From Candidatus Kaiserbacteria bacterium (GTDB lineage Bacteria; Patescibacteriota; Minisyncoccia; Phycocordibacterales; Phycocordibacteraceae), in the NCBI GenBank assembly GCA_029288865.1, contig JARIGM010000021.1:1-41290 (forward strand): DNA of 41,290 bases. Reading direction: 5' to 3'. Of the stretch, positions 7,627-16,734 are shown in pieces. Each line of letters begins with the position of its first letter. Position 1 is the first letter of the stretch. The position numbers were made by a program, and so were the translations under genes. The notes below the pieces were generated by a model, which did no database searches, was not told the origin of the DNA, and saw only the letters and a list, made by a program, of their open reading frames with translations.

Positions 7627-7982
7627 AAACGAGATTGCTTTGTTAATTATTGAAGTGAGAAGGAAAGATGTTTACTAATAAATATCATCTTCCGCTTCCC
7701 TCTTTAGTTTTAATAAGTTTGTTTGTCGAACGTAACTTTCACACTATCCGACGAGGTACAGTATCGACCCGTATCTCATCGGCTAGTTGGCAAAGGTTGG
7801 GTTTTCGTGTCATCCGTTTCTTCCAAATCAAATCGTACTTCCGTTCTGTTCCCATCCTTGTATATAAGGACGGGCGCCTCCGTAATTTCTTACAGAAGCT
7901 ATTTGAAGACCTGTATCGTATTGTCAACGAACACAGCCGCGTAGAAATAATGCCCCTTCTCTACGGCGTACTGTTAAGTATA
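7627..7982 (-). promoter_or_regulatory. Promoter (-10 TATACT at 7977-7982) plus ~345-nt structured 5' leader
   Basis: Series of hairpins on the minus strand, e.g. cttctgtaa-gaaa-ttacggagg, cccgtcctt-atatac-aaggatggg, ccgatgagatac...gtacctcgtcgg. Confidence 0.5.
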
Positions 7983-8141
7983 CCGAGGAGAAAGCTTAAT
8001 TCTTGCGGAATTTGTGTGGATAACGGGATAAACAGAGCCAGAGCCAAAGACGCAATGGTCCCCAGCTCTGGTTCATTACCCCCTTATTTAGTTCCCGTTA
8101 TCACACATGAAGACTACACGCTTTCTGGCCAAAAGTCAATG

Positions 8142-8951
8142 CTAGGCAAGGGTGTATTGGGTCCAGCGGCGCTCCCCTGTTTTCTCGACTTTGCCTGCCA
8201 AAACGAGCGATTGAAGCTCACGCTGAATAGTCTTTTCGCTCACATCCTTAATTACTGTCGAGATATCCTTTATATATGAAGTGCCTTTTGAACTGAGAAC
8301 TGCGAGAATCGCCTCCTGTCGGCTCGATTGACGTGGATTGTCCGATAGATGTCCTTTAGAAGAGACCTCTTTTGCTCTACTCTTAGACCCTGCTTCCCCA
8401 CCCTTCTGCTGTTTCCGTTCAGGCGATACAACAGATTCAATTGGTCCGGTTCGAGGCAGGGGACGAGCATCCTGACGAGTCGCATTCCGCGCGAAATCTG
8501 CAAGCGTTGGAACATCCTCCAACGATAAGCGCGGCTCCTCATATCCCGCGATTTCTTCGAGGAGCAAGTGCGTCTCGCGGATGATGAGATCCGCATTCAT
8601 CTCTGAAAGAAGTGAGGTCGAGCGAGCTACTGAGAGCATGCTCGAGAGAGCCAGCAACTCCCGAGATAATGCCTCGCGAGCTGAAGAAGGGGGCAAGATG
8701 GCTGCATCGATCAGCGCTACCGAAATCTGATCGAGACGCTGCCGGAGAGAGGGAGTCGTATTGAAAGCTGGGGCCACGAGGTGTATGGCTTTCGCGAGGC
8801 GCTCGCTCTTGCGATAGATGTACACCCGCTTTATGTCTTTTTCAAATACGTTAGAGAATATGAGTTTATCTAGGACAAAATCAGAGTTTCGGCTCACTGA
8901 TTCGTGAGTTCTTACATTCCGTGTGTCTCTTATTTGTCTCTTATCTTCCAT
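8142..8951 (-). CDS. Four-helix-bundle (IVP/Avd-like) plus C-terminal DeoR-type wHTH protein
   Basis: N-terminal YRKSERLAKAIHLV...SMLSVARSTSLL; C-terminal RQEAILAVL...IKDIS...VSEKTIQRELQSLV..G.VEKTGERRWTQY. Confidence 0.7.
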   Translation of the reverse strand: MEDKRQIRDTRNVRTHESVSRNSDFVLDKLIFSNVFEKDIKRVYIYRKSERLAKAIHLVAPAFNTTPSLRQRLDQISVALIDAAILPPSSAREALSRELLALSSMLSVARSTSLLSEMNADLIIRETHLLLEEIAGYEEPRLSLEDVPTLADFARNATRQDARPLPRTGPIESVVSPERKQQKGGEAGSKSRAKEVSSKGHLSDNPRQSSRQEAILAVLSSKGTSYIKDISTVIKDVSEKTIQRELQSLVLAGKVEKTGERRWTQYTLA

Positions 8952-9089
8952 GTATGTCCTATAGATTTGCCATTGCTGTCAAGGACAAGTATACGCCCTT
9001 TGTGGCCGTTGGGAAGAGACACGTCATGTCTCAGAAACCTTTTGTTTCTGGCCTCGCAGTATTAGGCCAGCAAGTGATAAAATGAACTG

Positions 9090-11288
9090 ATGAAACGCAA
9101 GAGACGCCGTCCTAAGACCGAATCCTCGGTGGTAATTCGAATGACCCTCGGGCTCATCCTTATGGTCTTCGGACTCATCCTCGGCCTCGGTGCGGCAGGT
9201 CTTGCCGGTGAAGCCAATCAGGCATTCTTGTTCATGAGCTCGATCTTCGGTTTCGAGTCATACCTTCTTCCTGTGGTCTTCATTGGGATTGGGATTGCCA
9301 TACTCGGCAAGAAGCTCTTCGCTTCCGTGCGGACCTCAGCCGGAGTCTTCCTTATATTAGGATCAGTGCTCAGCGCAGTCGGAGTCATCTACCATCCAGC
9401 AACCAGCCTCATGACAGGACCAGCTGGACTCGTGGGTAACTGGACAGGCATAGAGCTTCAGACACTCTTCGGAGCGCCGGGAGCCATCGCGATTCTCCTC
9501 ACGCTCGCCATCCTCGGTCTCGCACTTGCGACTGACATCGTTCTCCTTATCGAGCTGGTACGAAAAAGCACAGGCCAGGCATCGAGTTCACTAGGTGCAG
9601 TACGCCTCCCTTCTATCGGCCGTAAGGGGGAATCTGAGAGCGAAGAGGAAGTTCCTTTTGAGGAGGAGGCAGCTGATGATCAGGAAACCGAAGAAGCTCC
9701 TACTGCTCCTGTCGAGAAAGAACCGACGGTTACCATGTTCAATCGTCCCGATCCGGTCGTAGGACCAGCCGTCACGAACACGGCCATTCCCAACTTCGAT
9801 GCCGAATATAACCCTCCTCCCCTCTCGCTTCTGAGCGAAGACAAGGGCAAGCCGGGCGTCGGCGATATCAAGGCAAACGCAAACATCATCAAGCGCACCT
9901 TCCAGAACTTCGGCATTTCCGTCGAGATGGATGAGGTTTCAGTCGGCCCAACAGTAACCCGCTATGCTATCAAGCCAGCCGAAGGCGTCCGCCTCCAGAA
10001 GATCGTCACCCTCCAGCAGAACCTCGAGCTCGCCCTTGCAGCCCATCCAGTCCGTATCGAAGCGCCAATCCCGGGCAAATCGCTCGTCGGTATCGAAGTC
10101 CCAAATGCCGCAAAAGCCATGGTCGGACTCGGCGGCGTACTCAATTCTCCAGAATGGAACACGAGCACCAAGCCGATCCTTGCTGCTATCGGGCGCGATA
10201 TCGCTGGCGCGCCACACTACCTGAACATCGCGAAAATGCCGCACGGCCTTGTCGCTGGTGCGACCGGTTCTGGTAAGTCAGTCGCTATCCACGCCATCAT
10301 CACCTCCCTGCTCTACCGCCACGGACCGAACCAGCTCCGTTTCATCATGGTGGACCCGAAGCGCGTCGAACTCACTCTCTATAACGGCATCCCGCATCTC
10401 CTGACGCCGGTCATTACCGACCCACGTAAATCGATCCTTGCACTTAAATGGGCAGCGAAAGAAATGGACCGCCGCTATAACATCCTTGAAGGCGAAGCGG
10501 TGCGTGATATCGAGTCTTATCACAAAACCATCGTGGAGCCAGCCAAAAAGAAAGGTATGGATCCCCTTCCTGAGGCAATGCCGTATATCGTGATCATCAT
10601 CGATGAGCTCGCAGATATCATGCAAACCTATCCTCGTGAGCTTGAAGCGGGAATTGTACGACTCGCTCAGATGTCTCGTGCCGTGGGTATCCATCTCGTC
10701 CTCTCGACCCAGCGCCCATCGGTAAATGTCATTACCGGCCTCATCAAGGCGAACGTACCGACCCGCATGGCCCTCCAGGTGGCTTCCCAGATCGATTCCC
10801 GTACTATTCTGGACGGTGCAGGCGCTGAAAGCCTCCTTGGCGCTGGAGATATGCTCTACCTCTCTTCAGACATGCAGAAGCCGGTACGCATCCAGACTGC
10901 GTATATATCTGAAAGCGAGGTAAAGAAGGTGGCGAGCTATATTAAAGAGCATAATGCAGGCAGCTTGGCTTCTTTGGATCTCGGTACGAGTGGCACAGCC
11001 GTTCATGAGCCAAATGATGCGATGATGCTTGCGGGAGACGCAGATGACGATATCGACGACGATATGTACGAGCAGGCAAAAGAAGCCGTCGAGGAAGCTG
11101 GCCGCGCGTCTACCTCATACCTCCAGCGAAAGCTTCGAATCGGCTATTCCCGAGCAGCACGCCTCATGGATATTCTCGAGCAAAAGGGCGTTATAGGGCC
11201 AGCTGACGGCTCACGACCGCGCGATGTCCTCTCCCGAGCTGGAGCAAAGGCAGCAAGTGAGCCTGCTGCCGAAGAACCAGACTTCTAA
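9090..11288 (+). CDS. ftsK: DNA translocase FtsK/SpoIIIE
   Basis: N-terminal TM helices, Walker A GATGSGKS, IIDELAD, STQRPS, gamma domain STSYLQRKLRIGYSRAARLMD. Confidence 0.97.
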   Translation: MKRKRRRPKTESSVVIRMTLGLILMVFGLILGLGAAGLAGEANQAFLFMSSIFGFESYLLPVVFIGIGIAILGKKLFASVRTSAGVFLILGSVLSAVGVIYHPATSLMTGPAGLVGNWTGIELQTLFGAPGAIAILLTLAILGLALATDIVLLIELVRKSTGQASSSLGAVRLPSIGRKGESESEEEVPFEEEAADDQETEEAPTAPVEKEPTVTMFNRPDPVVGPAVTNTAIPNFDAEYNPPPLSLLSEDKGKPGVGDIKANANIIKRTFQNFGISVEMDEVSVGPTVTRYAIKPAEGVRLQKIVTLQQNLELALAAHPVRIEAPIPGKSLVGIEVPNAAKAMVGLGGVLNSPEWNTSTKPILAAIGRDIAGAPHYLNIAKMPHGLVAGATGSGKSVAIHAIITSLLYRHGPNQLRFIMVDPKRVELTLYNGIPHLLTPVITDPRKSILALKWAAKEMDRRYNILEGEAVRDIESYHKTIVEPAKKKGMDPLPEAMPYIVIIIDELADIMQTYPRELEAGIVRLAQMSRAVGIHLVLSTQRPSVNVITGLIKANVPTRMALQVASQIDSRTILDGAGAESLLGAGDMLYLSSDMQKPVRIQTAYISESEVKKVASYIKEHNAGSLASLDLGTSGTAVHEPNDAMMLAGDADDDIDDDMYEQAKEAVEEAGRASTSYLQRKLRIGYSRAARLMDILEQKGVIGPADGSRPRDVLSRAGAKAASEPAAEEPDF

Positions 11289-11290
11289 CC

Positions 11291-11617
11291 ATGCTGATAC
11301 GGACCACAATAATCATCGTTCTCGTGCTCGTCTGCGGTTATGGGCTTAAAGAAGCGATCCCCTTCCTGACCGGCCCCGTCCTCAGCCTGGCTTCCCCAAA
11401 AAATGGAGAAAGTTTTCATAACGGCTTTATAAATATTTCAGGTTCGGCAGTTCATACTCAAAGCGTGAGCCTTGATGGGAGTCCCTTGCTGACTGACCAG
11501 AACGGCCACTTTTCGACTGAGCTGACGCTTCCCCGCGGGAGCGCTATACTTACCTTAACCGCTACCGACCGTTTCGGAAGGATCACGACCGAACGACGTA
11601 CGGTATTTGTTCCCTAA
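11291..11617 (+). CDS. Membrane-anchored Ig-like (glucodextranase-B-like) hypothetical protein
   Basis: N-terminal TM, then [10 protein letters not shown]...ISG...NGHFS..L.L..G...[10 protein letters not shown]. Confidence 0.6.
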   Translation: MLIRTTIIIVLVLVCGYGLKEAIPFLTGPVLSLASPKNGESFHNGFINISGSAVHTQSVSLDGSPLLTDQNGHFSTELTLPRGSAILTLTATDRFGRITTERRTVFVP

Positions 11618-11631
11618 TCATATTCAACCTT

Positions 11632-12699
11632 ATGCCCGCAAAGAAAACCGCTAAGAAAGCAGCAAAGACCGCACCCCTTACTGAGGATGAAATCGAAGCT
11701 GCAGAGTCGAGTCCCGATGCGAAACGAAAGTCCATCGAGCTCGCGATAAAGGAAATAAAGACTAAATTCGGCGACGAAGCCATCATGACGTATGGCGCTG
11801 GAAAGCCTGCAGCAATTCCAGCGATCTCGACCGGTTCGATCGGCCTTGATGCCGCACTCGGCGTCGGAGGACTTCCCCGCGGCCGCATCATCGAGATCTA
11901 TGGCCCAGAATCATCTGGTAAGACAACCCTCGCACTCCACTCAATCGCTGAGGCACAGAAGAAAGGGGGCGTCTGCGCATTCGTAGATGCAGAGCACGCG
12001 CTTGATCCCGAATACGCCCAGAAGATCGGCGTAAAGCTCGAAGAATTGCTCATTTCGCAGCCAGATACGGGCGAACAGGCACTCGAGATAGTTGAATCGC
12101 TCGTCCGTGCTGGATCCGTCGATATCATCGTCGTGGACTCTGTGGCTGCGCTCACGCCAAAGGACGAGATTGAGGGTGACATGGGATCTGCCCAGATGGG
12201 TAAGCAGGCGCGCCTCATGAGTCAGGCGCTCCGCAAGCTCACCGCTATCACCTCGAAGTCAAAGACCATCATCATCTTCATCAACCAGATCCGCATGCAG
12301 ATCGGCGTGATGTTCGGCAATCCTGAGACCACGACGGGTGGTAAAGCGCTTAAATTCTACACATCTGTTCGTCTCGACATCCGCCGTATCGCGCAGATCA
12401 AGAAAGGAGAAGAGATCGTGGGCGGTCGCGTGCGCGTGAAGGTCGTGAAGAACAAGGTCGCTGCACCATTCAAGACCACTGAATTCGACCTCATGTACAA
12501 CGAAGGCATCAGCCGCGAAGGTGAGATCATCGCACTTGGTGAGAAGTATGAGATCATTCAGAAGTCCGGCTCAAGCTATAGCTATGGCGAAGTGAAGATG
12601 GGCCGCGGCTATGACGCGACTCGCACCTTCCTCCGCGAGAACAAGCCGATCGCGAACGAGATCCTCAAGAAGATCCGCGAGAAGCTCGCTGAAATCTAG
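11632..12699 (+). CDS. recA: Recombinase RecA
   Basis: [39 protein letters not shown]. Confidence 0.99.
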   Translation: MPAKKTAKKAAKTAPLTEDEIEAAESSPDAKRKSIELAIKEIKTKFGDEAIMTYGAGKPAAIPAISTGSIGLDAALGVGGLPRGRIIEIYGPESSGKTTLALHSIAEAQKKGGVCAFVDAEHALDPEYAQKIGVKLEELLISQPDTGEQALEIVESLVRAGSVDIIVVDSVAALTPKDEIEGDMGSAQMGKQARLMSQALRKLTAITSKSKTIIIFINQIRMQIGVMFGNPETTTGGKALKFYTSVRLDIRRIAQIKKGEEIVGGRVRVKVVKNKVAAPFKTTEFDLMYNEGISREGEIIALGEKYEIIQKSGSSYSYGEVKMGRGYDATRTFLRENKPIANEILKKIREKLAEI

Positions 12700-12710
12700 A
12701 AGCAATCTCC

Positions 12711-12746
12711 AAAAGAAAAGGCGCTTACTCAAGCGCCTTTTCTTTT
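12711..12746. terminator. Bidirectional terminator between convergent genes
   Basis: aaaagaaaaggcgctt-actc-aagcgccttttctttt. Confidence 0.8.
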
Positions 12747-13092
12747 ATCCCCCTACCGTATATCTCATTGTTTGCTGAAGTAATCTAACCAGGTTATACG
12801 CGAACCAGATGCCTGCAGTAACGACTGCGAGCACGAGAACTTGCACTGCAAAGCGAGTATTCAGGAATGCGATCTCTGCAAAGCGCGCAAATGCGTCCAC
12901 ATGTACTGGCGATGGCATGTTCTGGAACACGCGCGCGACCCATACTTCCCTCCCGATTCCCCATACAGCCAGGAGCAGGAACAAAATAGATAAAACAGTT
13001 GGGGTCAGGAATACGCGCAGGATATACATCCGACGGACACGTCGCATCACGACGTTCTCGATATTGGAAATAGTCATATCATTTTTCATCAT
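12745..13092 (-). CDS. Two-TM hypothetical protein, candidate anti-sigma factor
   Basis: Overlaps the 3' end of the ECF sigma gene; short IENVVMRRV cytoplasmic helix followed by two hydrophobic segments. Confidence 0.55.
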   Translation of the reverse strand: MMKNDMTISNIENVVMRRVRRMYILRVFLTPTVLSILFLLLAVWGIGREVWVARVFQNMPSPVHVDAFARFAEIAFLNTRFAVQVLVLAVVTAGIWFAYNLVRLLQQTMRYTVGG

Positions 13093-13681
13093 ACGATAAC
13101 TGGCTCTCGGCCACTTCTTTAAATAAAATCTTTGCGCGATGTACCCGCGTCTTCACAGCTGCCACGCTCGCTCCTTCCACCTGTGCGATCTCTTCCTGAG
13201 TCTTCCCTTCGAGGAACTGCAGCCGCAAGACACGAGCTGCTGCTTCAGGAAGCTTGGCGAGGACCATGAGCACTTGGTCCTGGAGCGTCAGCTCTTCGAG
13301 GAACTCTGTATCGTCCCGCAGGCGCTCATATGCCTCAGGATCGAGTTCAGTGGTGCGGCCGCGCAGCTTCTTGAGCTTCTGGTATCGCGTGAAGCAGAGG
13401 TTCGTAAGGATCGCATATGCCCACGACGTGAACACTGCCCCTTCTTGAGCGTGATAGCGATCTGCGTAGAGATAGATACGTGTGAATGTATCTTGCACCA
13501 CCTCTTCGGCGTCTTCGCGGGAATAGAGAATGCTTTGCGCTTTCCGCAAGAAAGCGCTCTCATGTCGCGCGACAAGCACAGAAAATACGTTCGGATCCTG
13601 CCGAGACGCGGCCAAGACTGCCTCATCCGTGGCATCCTGGTAGCTTTCCATGGCTTTCTGCCGCCTGTTTACCTCTCCCAT
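13079..13681 (-). CDS. ECF (sigma24-family) RNA polymerase sigma factor
   Basis: Region 2 DAEEVVQDTF...FTSWAYAI; region 4 L.KLPE...L.L...EGKT.EEIA......VKTRVHRAK; start uncertain (13681 or 13651). Confidence 0.92.
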   Translation of the reverse strand: MGEVNRRQKAMESYQDATDEAVLAASRQDPNVFSVLVARHESAFLRKAQSILYSREDAEEVVQDTFTRIYLYADRYHAQEGAVFTSWAYAILTNLCFTRYQKLKKLRGRTTELDPEAYERLRDDTEFLEELTLQDQVLMVLAKLPEAAARVLRLQFLEGKTQEEIAQVEGASVAAVKTRVHRAKILFKEVAESQLSYDEK

Positions 13682-13782
13682 GATGTCATGTATCATACAG
13701 CAAACCCGTGCAAAAGCAGTGCTGGGCATTTTTTATAACGCGCCCCGCGCCCTGCAGGTTACTTACTTAAACACGCTACGCT

Positions 13783-14358
13783 ATGGCAATCCTCTCATAT
13801 AACGAAATCGTTCAGAAAAAAGTGATCGAATATAACGGCGAACCGTACGAAGTCCTCTCTTCGCACGTCTTCCGCATGCAACAGCGCAAGCCGGTTAACC
13901 AGACCAAGATGAAGCACCTCGTGTCAGGCAAGGTTATCGAAATCTCATTCCACCAGAACGAGAGCATGCCTGAAGCTGATATCGAGACCATCAATGCGCA
14001 ATACCTCTATACCAACAAGGGAGAATCCTGGTTCGCAGAGGAGGGTAACCCAAAGAACCGTTTCTCGTTCCCTGAGGACGCAGTACACGAGAAGATTCAG
14101 TGGCTCAAGGCGAATGCGACCGTCGAGGTCATGCTTTTCAAGGAGAAGCCAGTGACCATCAAGATTCCCGTGAAGGTTGAGCTCAGGGTAACCGATGCGC
14201 CTCCAGCAGTTAAGGGAGACACTGCAACCGGCGGCAGCAAGCTTGTGACCCTCGAATCAGGCGCGCAGATCAACACCCCACTCTTCATCAACGAAGGCGA
14301 TATTCTCCGTATCAACACCGATACCGGCGAGTATAACGAGCGCGTCGAGAAAGCTTAA
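13783..14358 (+). CDS. efp: Elongation factor P
   Basis: KGDTATGGSKLVTLESGA, PLFINEGD, NTDTGEY; atypical tip loop RMQQRKP. Confidence 0.95.
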   Translation: MAILSYNEIVQKKVIEYNGEPYEVLSSHVFRMQQRKPVNQTKMKHLVSGKVIEISFHQNESMPEADIETINAQYLYTNKGESWFAEEGNPKNRFSFPEDAVHEKIQWLKANATVEVMLFKEKPVTIKIPVKVELRVTDAPPAVKGDTATGGSKLVTLESGAQINTPLFINEGDILRINTDTGEYNERVEKA

Positions 14359-14372
14359 ACAGCAATGAAAGT

Positions 14373-14409
14373 AAAAAATCCCCGAAGCGAAACGCTTCGG
14401 GGATTTTTG
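14373..14409. terminator. Bidirectional terminator after efp
   Basis: aaaaatccccgaagcg-aaa-cgcttcggggattttt. Confidence 0.8.
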
Positions 14410-14425
14410 ATTTGATAGATCGTGA

Positions 14426-14521
14426 TCACGCGAAAAGGACAACCGCTGCGAGAACGACCGACAAAAACAGGCCCACTGCGAACGTATTGGATTCCCACCA
14501 CGACTTCTTTTGAGCATTCAT
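14426..14521 (-). CDS. Small single-TM protein, 31 aa (MNAQKKSWWESNTFAVGLFLSVVLAAVVLFA)
   Basis: Hand-translated; Shine-Dalgarno AGGAG(AGG) just upstream; sits alone between two terminators. Confidence 0.55.
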   Translation of the reverse strand: MNAQKKSWWESNTFAVGLFLSVVLAAVVLFA

Positions 14522-14591
14522 GACAACCTCTCCTGTTCTAGACGTACAGGATCATCTGCACGCTAGTGTAAGTAAACCACCGTTAGGAAAA

Positions 14592-14623
14592 AATAAAAGC
14601 CTCTTCAGGAGAGGCTTTTATTT
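14592..14623. terminator. Terminator after rpsR
   Basis: aataaaagcctct-tcagg-agaggcttttatt. Confidence 0.75.
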
Positions 14624-14640
14624 TAAACGTGCTGTGTTCT

Positions 14641-14847
14641 TTACGCAGCCAGGTATGGCAAGAGTGCCATGAAGCGAGCGCGCTTGATAGCAAGTGCGAT
14701 CTGGCGCTGCTTGTCTGCAGCCATGCCGGTGCGCTTGCGAGGAAGCATCTTCGCGTGCGGGTTGGTGAACTGGCGCAAGTACGCGACGTCCTTGTAGTCG
14801 ACGAACTTCTTGTGCTCTATTTCTTCTCGTTCTGCTTGGTGTGCCAT
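14641..14847 (-). CDS. rpsR: 30S ribosomal protein S18
   Basis: VDYKDV..LRQF....AKMLPRKRTG....QRQIALAIKRARFMALLPY. Confidence 0.97.
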   Translation of the reverse strand: MAHQAEREEIEHKKFVDYKDVAYLRQFTNPHAKMLPRKRTGMAADKQRQIALAIKRARFMALLPYLAA

Positions 14848-14867
14848 GATAATTTGCTTAATTTGTA

Positions 14868-15356
14868 TTAAAACGGAATGTCTTCCGGATTGATCTCTTC
14901 ATCAGGATACTGGATCTCGTCGCCTGAAGGAGCGGTGCCCGTCATCGAGCCCATTCCCATCTCCGCGTCAGCTGGAGAAGATTCCCGAGCTGGAGCTGAA
15001 GGGCGGCTTCCGTCTGAGCCTCCTGCACCTGGTGCTGAAGGGCCGAACTGGAAGTTATCGATGATGATCTCAGTGCGATAATTCTTCTTGCCTTCTGCTT
15101 CCCATGAGCGGGTCTGGATGCGGCCTTCGACGAAGAGCGGGCGTCCTTTCTTCATGTACTGGCCGATAACCTCTGCCTGACGACCGAATGCGACGATGTT
15201 GTGGTACTCGGTTGAATCCTGCTTGCGGCCGTCCTTATCAGTGAAGGTGCGATTCGTTGCGAGGGCGAAGTTTGCTACCTGCTGTCCCGACGGAAGCGCG
15301 CGAAGTTCAGGATCGCGAGTGAGGTTTCCGTACAAAAAGACTTTGTTCAGGTACAT
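14868..15356 (-). CDS. ssb: Single-stranded DNA-binding protein
   Basis: LNKVFLYGNLTRDPELR, VEGRIQTRSW, acidic C-terminal EDIPF. Confidence 0.98.
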   Translation of the reverse strand: MYLNKVFLYGNLTRDPELRALPSGQQVANFALATNRTFTDKDGRKQDSTEYHNIVAFGRQAEVIGQYMKKGRPLFVEGRIQTRSWEAEGKKNYRTEIIIDNFQFGPSAPGAGGSDGSRPSAPARESSPADAEMGMGSMTGTAPSGDEIQYPDEEINPEDIPF

Positions 15357-15363
15357 ATAGGTA

Positions 15364-15876
15364 TTATACGCCTACTTCTTTGAGAGCTGCATCGAGTTCC
15401 CCTTCTGCAGCGACCTCTTCTTCCCCAGCGCCAGCCTGAGTAAGAGCCTCAGGAGCGCGGCGGTAGAACTCATGCATCTCAGCAGAGTGCTGTGCAGCTT
15501 CGCGGCTCGAGCGGAGGTCGAGGAAGCGGATCACGCGGGTATCGCCAGTAACAGTTTCAAGGAGCTCCTGGTGACCTTCGCCAGTGGTCTCATATGAGAT
15601 CCAGCCGAAATATGCCGAGTTGAAGTCGCGGCGGCCGGTGGTCTCCATGCGAGAGATAGTGTATGCGAGCGGAATCTTCTCGATTTCGCCTTCTGCGATA
15701 ACGGTTCCCTTGCTCGAGATCAGGTCACGAAGCGACTGATAAGCTTTCTTTGCCTCCTCCTGAGGAAGCTCAGGATCGAGGTGGAAGCCGAGCTCGTACA
15801 CACGCGGTTCAGCGTGGTCGCCCTCCAGCTCCATATCTACGTCCTGTTCCATTTCCACATCCTTATTTTTAGCCAT
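15364..15876 (-). CDS. rpsF: 30S ribosomal protein S6
   Basis: VYELGFHLDP, KIPLAYTI, VIRFL; canonical rpsF-ssb-rpsR order. Confidence 0.9.
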   Translation of the reverse strand: MAKNKDVEMEQDVDMELEGDHAEPRVYELGFHLDPELPQEEAKKAYQSLRDLISSKGTVIAEGEIEKIPLAYTISRMETTGRRDFNSAYFGWISYETTGEGHQELLETVTGDTRVIRFLDLRSSREAAQHSAEMHEFYRRAPEALTQAGAGEEEVAAEGELDAALKEVGV

Positions 15877-15936
15877 GATTGCCGCATAGTAGCACGGTAT
15901 TTTGGACTGCGCAATCAAATCTTTATGAAGGCAAAA

Positions 15937-16731
15937 TCAAATAATCCTGAGTTTTTGACGGGCATTCTGAAGCATGGCCTGCTGCACCGTTTCGAGCGAT
16001 TCTGCCCTTATTTCAGCCAACATTCGCACCACTTTCCGGACGGCCAGCGGATCATTGCGTTTTCCTCGGTTTGGGGCTGGCGCCACATAGGGAGAATCGG
16101 TCTCTGAAAGGAGGTTTTCGAGCGGAATATACCGAATTACCTCGTCATAGTCCCGGGCGAAAGTAATAACGGCCGTATAGGACATAGTGAAGCCCAGATC
16201 GACGAAATCCCGTGCTTCCTCTACCCCGCCCACGAAGAAATGCATGTCTCCCCGGAGCCGGTCGCCATATTCTCGCTTTTTCGAACGGAGGATGTCAATC
16301 GTCTCGCGGTACGCGTCCTGACTTCCCCTCGATGGACGCGAATGAATCACGAGCGCCTTGTCGTGCTTTACCGCGAGCTCGATATGCTGCTCAAACACCT
16401 CATGCTGTTTCTCTTTCGCATGCTCTACATCCTCAGGACGATAGAAGTCGAGGCCGCACTCGCCGATTGCAACTACCTGGGGCGCACGGACCAGCTCTTC
16501 AAATGCAGCCACGTCGAACGGCTGGCGAAGCACTTCATTCGGATGCAAGCCGACTGCAGCTGTGAGATTCTCCCGACCTGCAACGAGCTCGACTGCGGCT
16601 TTTGACGATGCGAAATCACACCCGACGACCAGGCCGCCGACCTCAGCTTCTGCCATCGCAGCGAGCACGGCTTCGCGGTCTTTGTCATATGCGTCGAATT
16701 GCACATGGCAGTGCGCATCAAAATATTTCAT
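15937..16731 (-). CDS. tatD: TatD-family DNase
   Basis: DAHCH, GLHP, IGECGLD, IHSR, ETDSPY, RGKRN. Confidence 0.95.
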   Translation of the reverse strand: MKYFDAHCHVQFDAYDKDREAVLAAMAEAEVGGLVVGCDFASSKAAVELVAGRENLTAAVGLHPNEVLRQPFDVAAFEELVRAPQVVAIGECGLDFYRPEDVEHAKEKQHEVFEQHIELAVKHDKALVIHSRPSRGSQDAYRETIDILRSKKREYGDRLRGDMHFFVGGVEEARDFVDLGFTMSYTAVITFARDYDEVIRYIPLENLLSETDSPYVAPAPNRGKRNDPLAVRKVVRMLAEIRAESLETVQQAMLQNARQKLRII

Positions 16732-16734
16732 ATA

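Noticed and set aside
8015-8023. DnaA box TGTGGATAA (also TGTGTATAA near 5602-5610) as oriC
   Set aside because: Only isolated boxes; no cluster, unwinding element or dnaA/dnaN nearby. They may be regulatory but this is unsupported.
7668-8279. 203-aa plus-strand ORF
   Set aside because: No recognisable motif; overlaps the wHTH gene antisense and the structured leader on the opposite strand.
8142-8951. Diversity-generating retroelement (Avd-like protein)
   Set aside because: No reverse transcriptase and no TR/VR repeat pair seen in the window.
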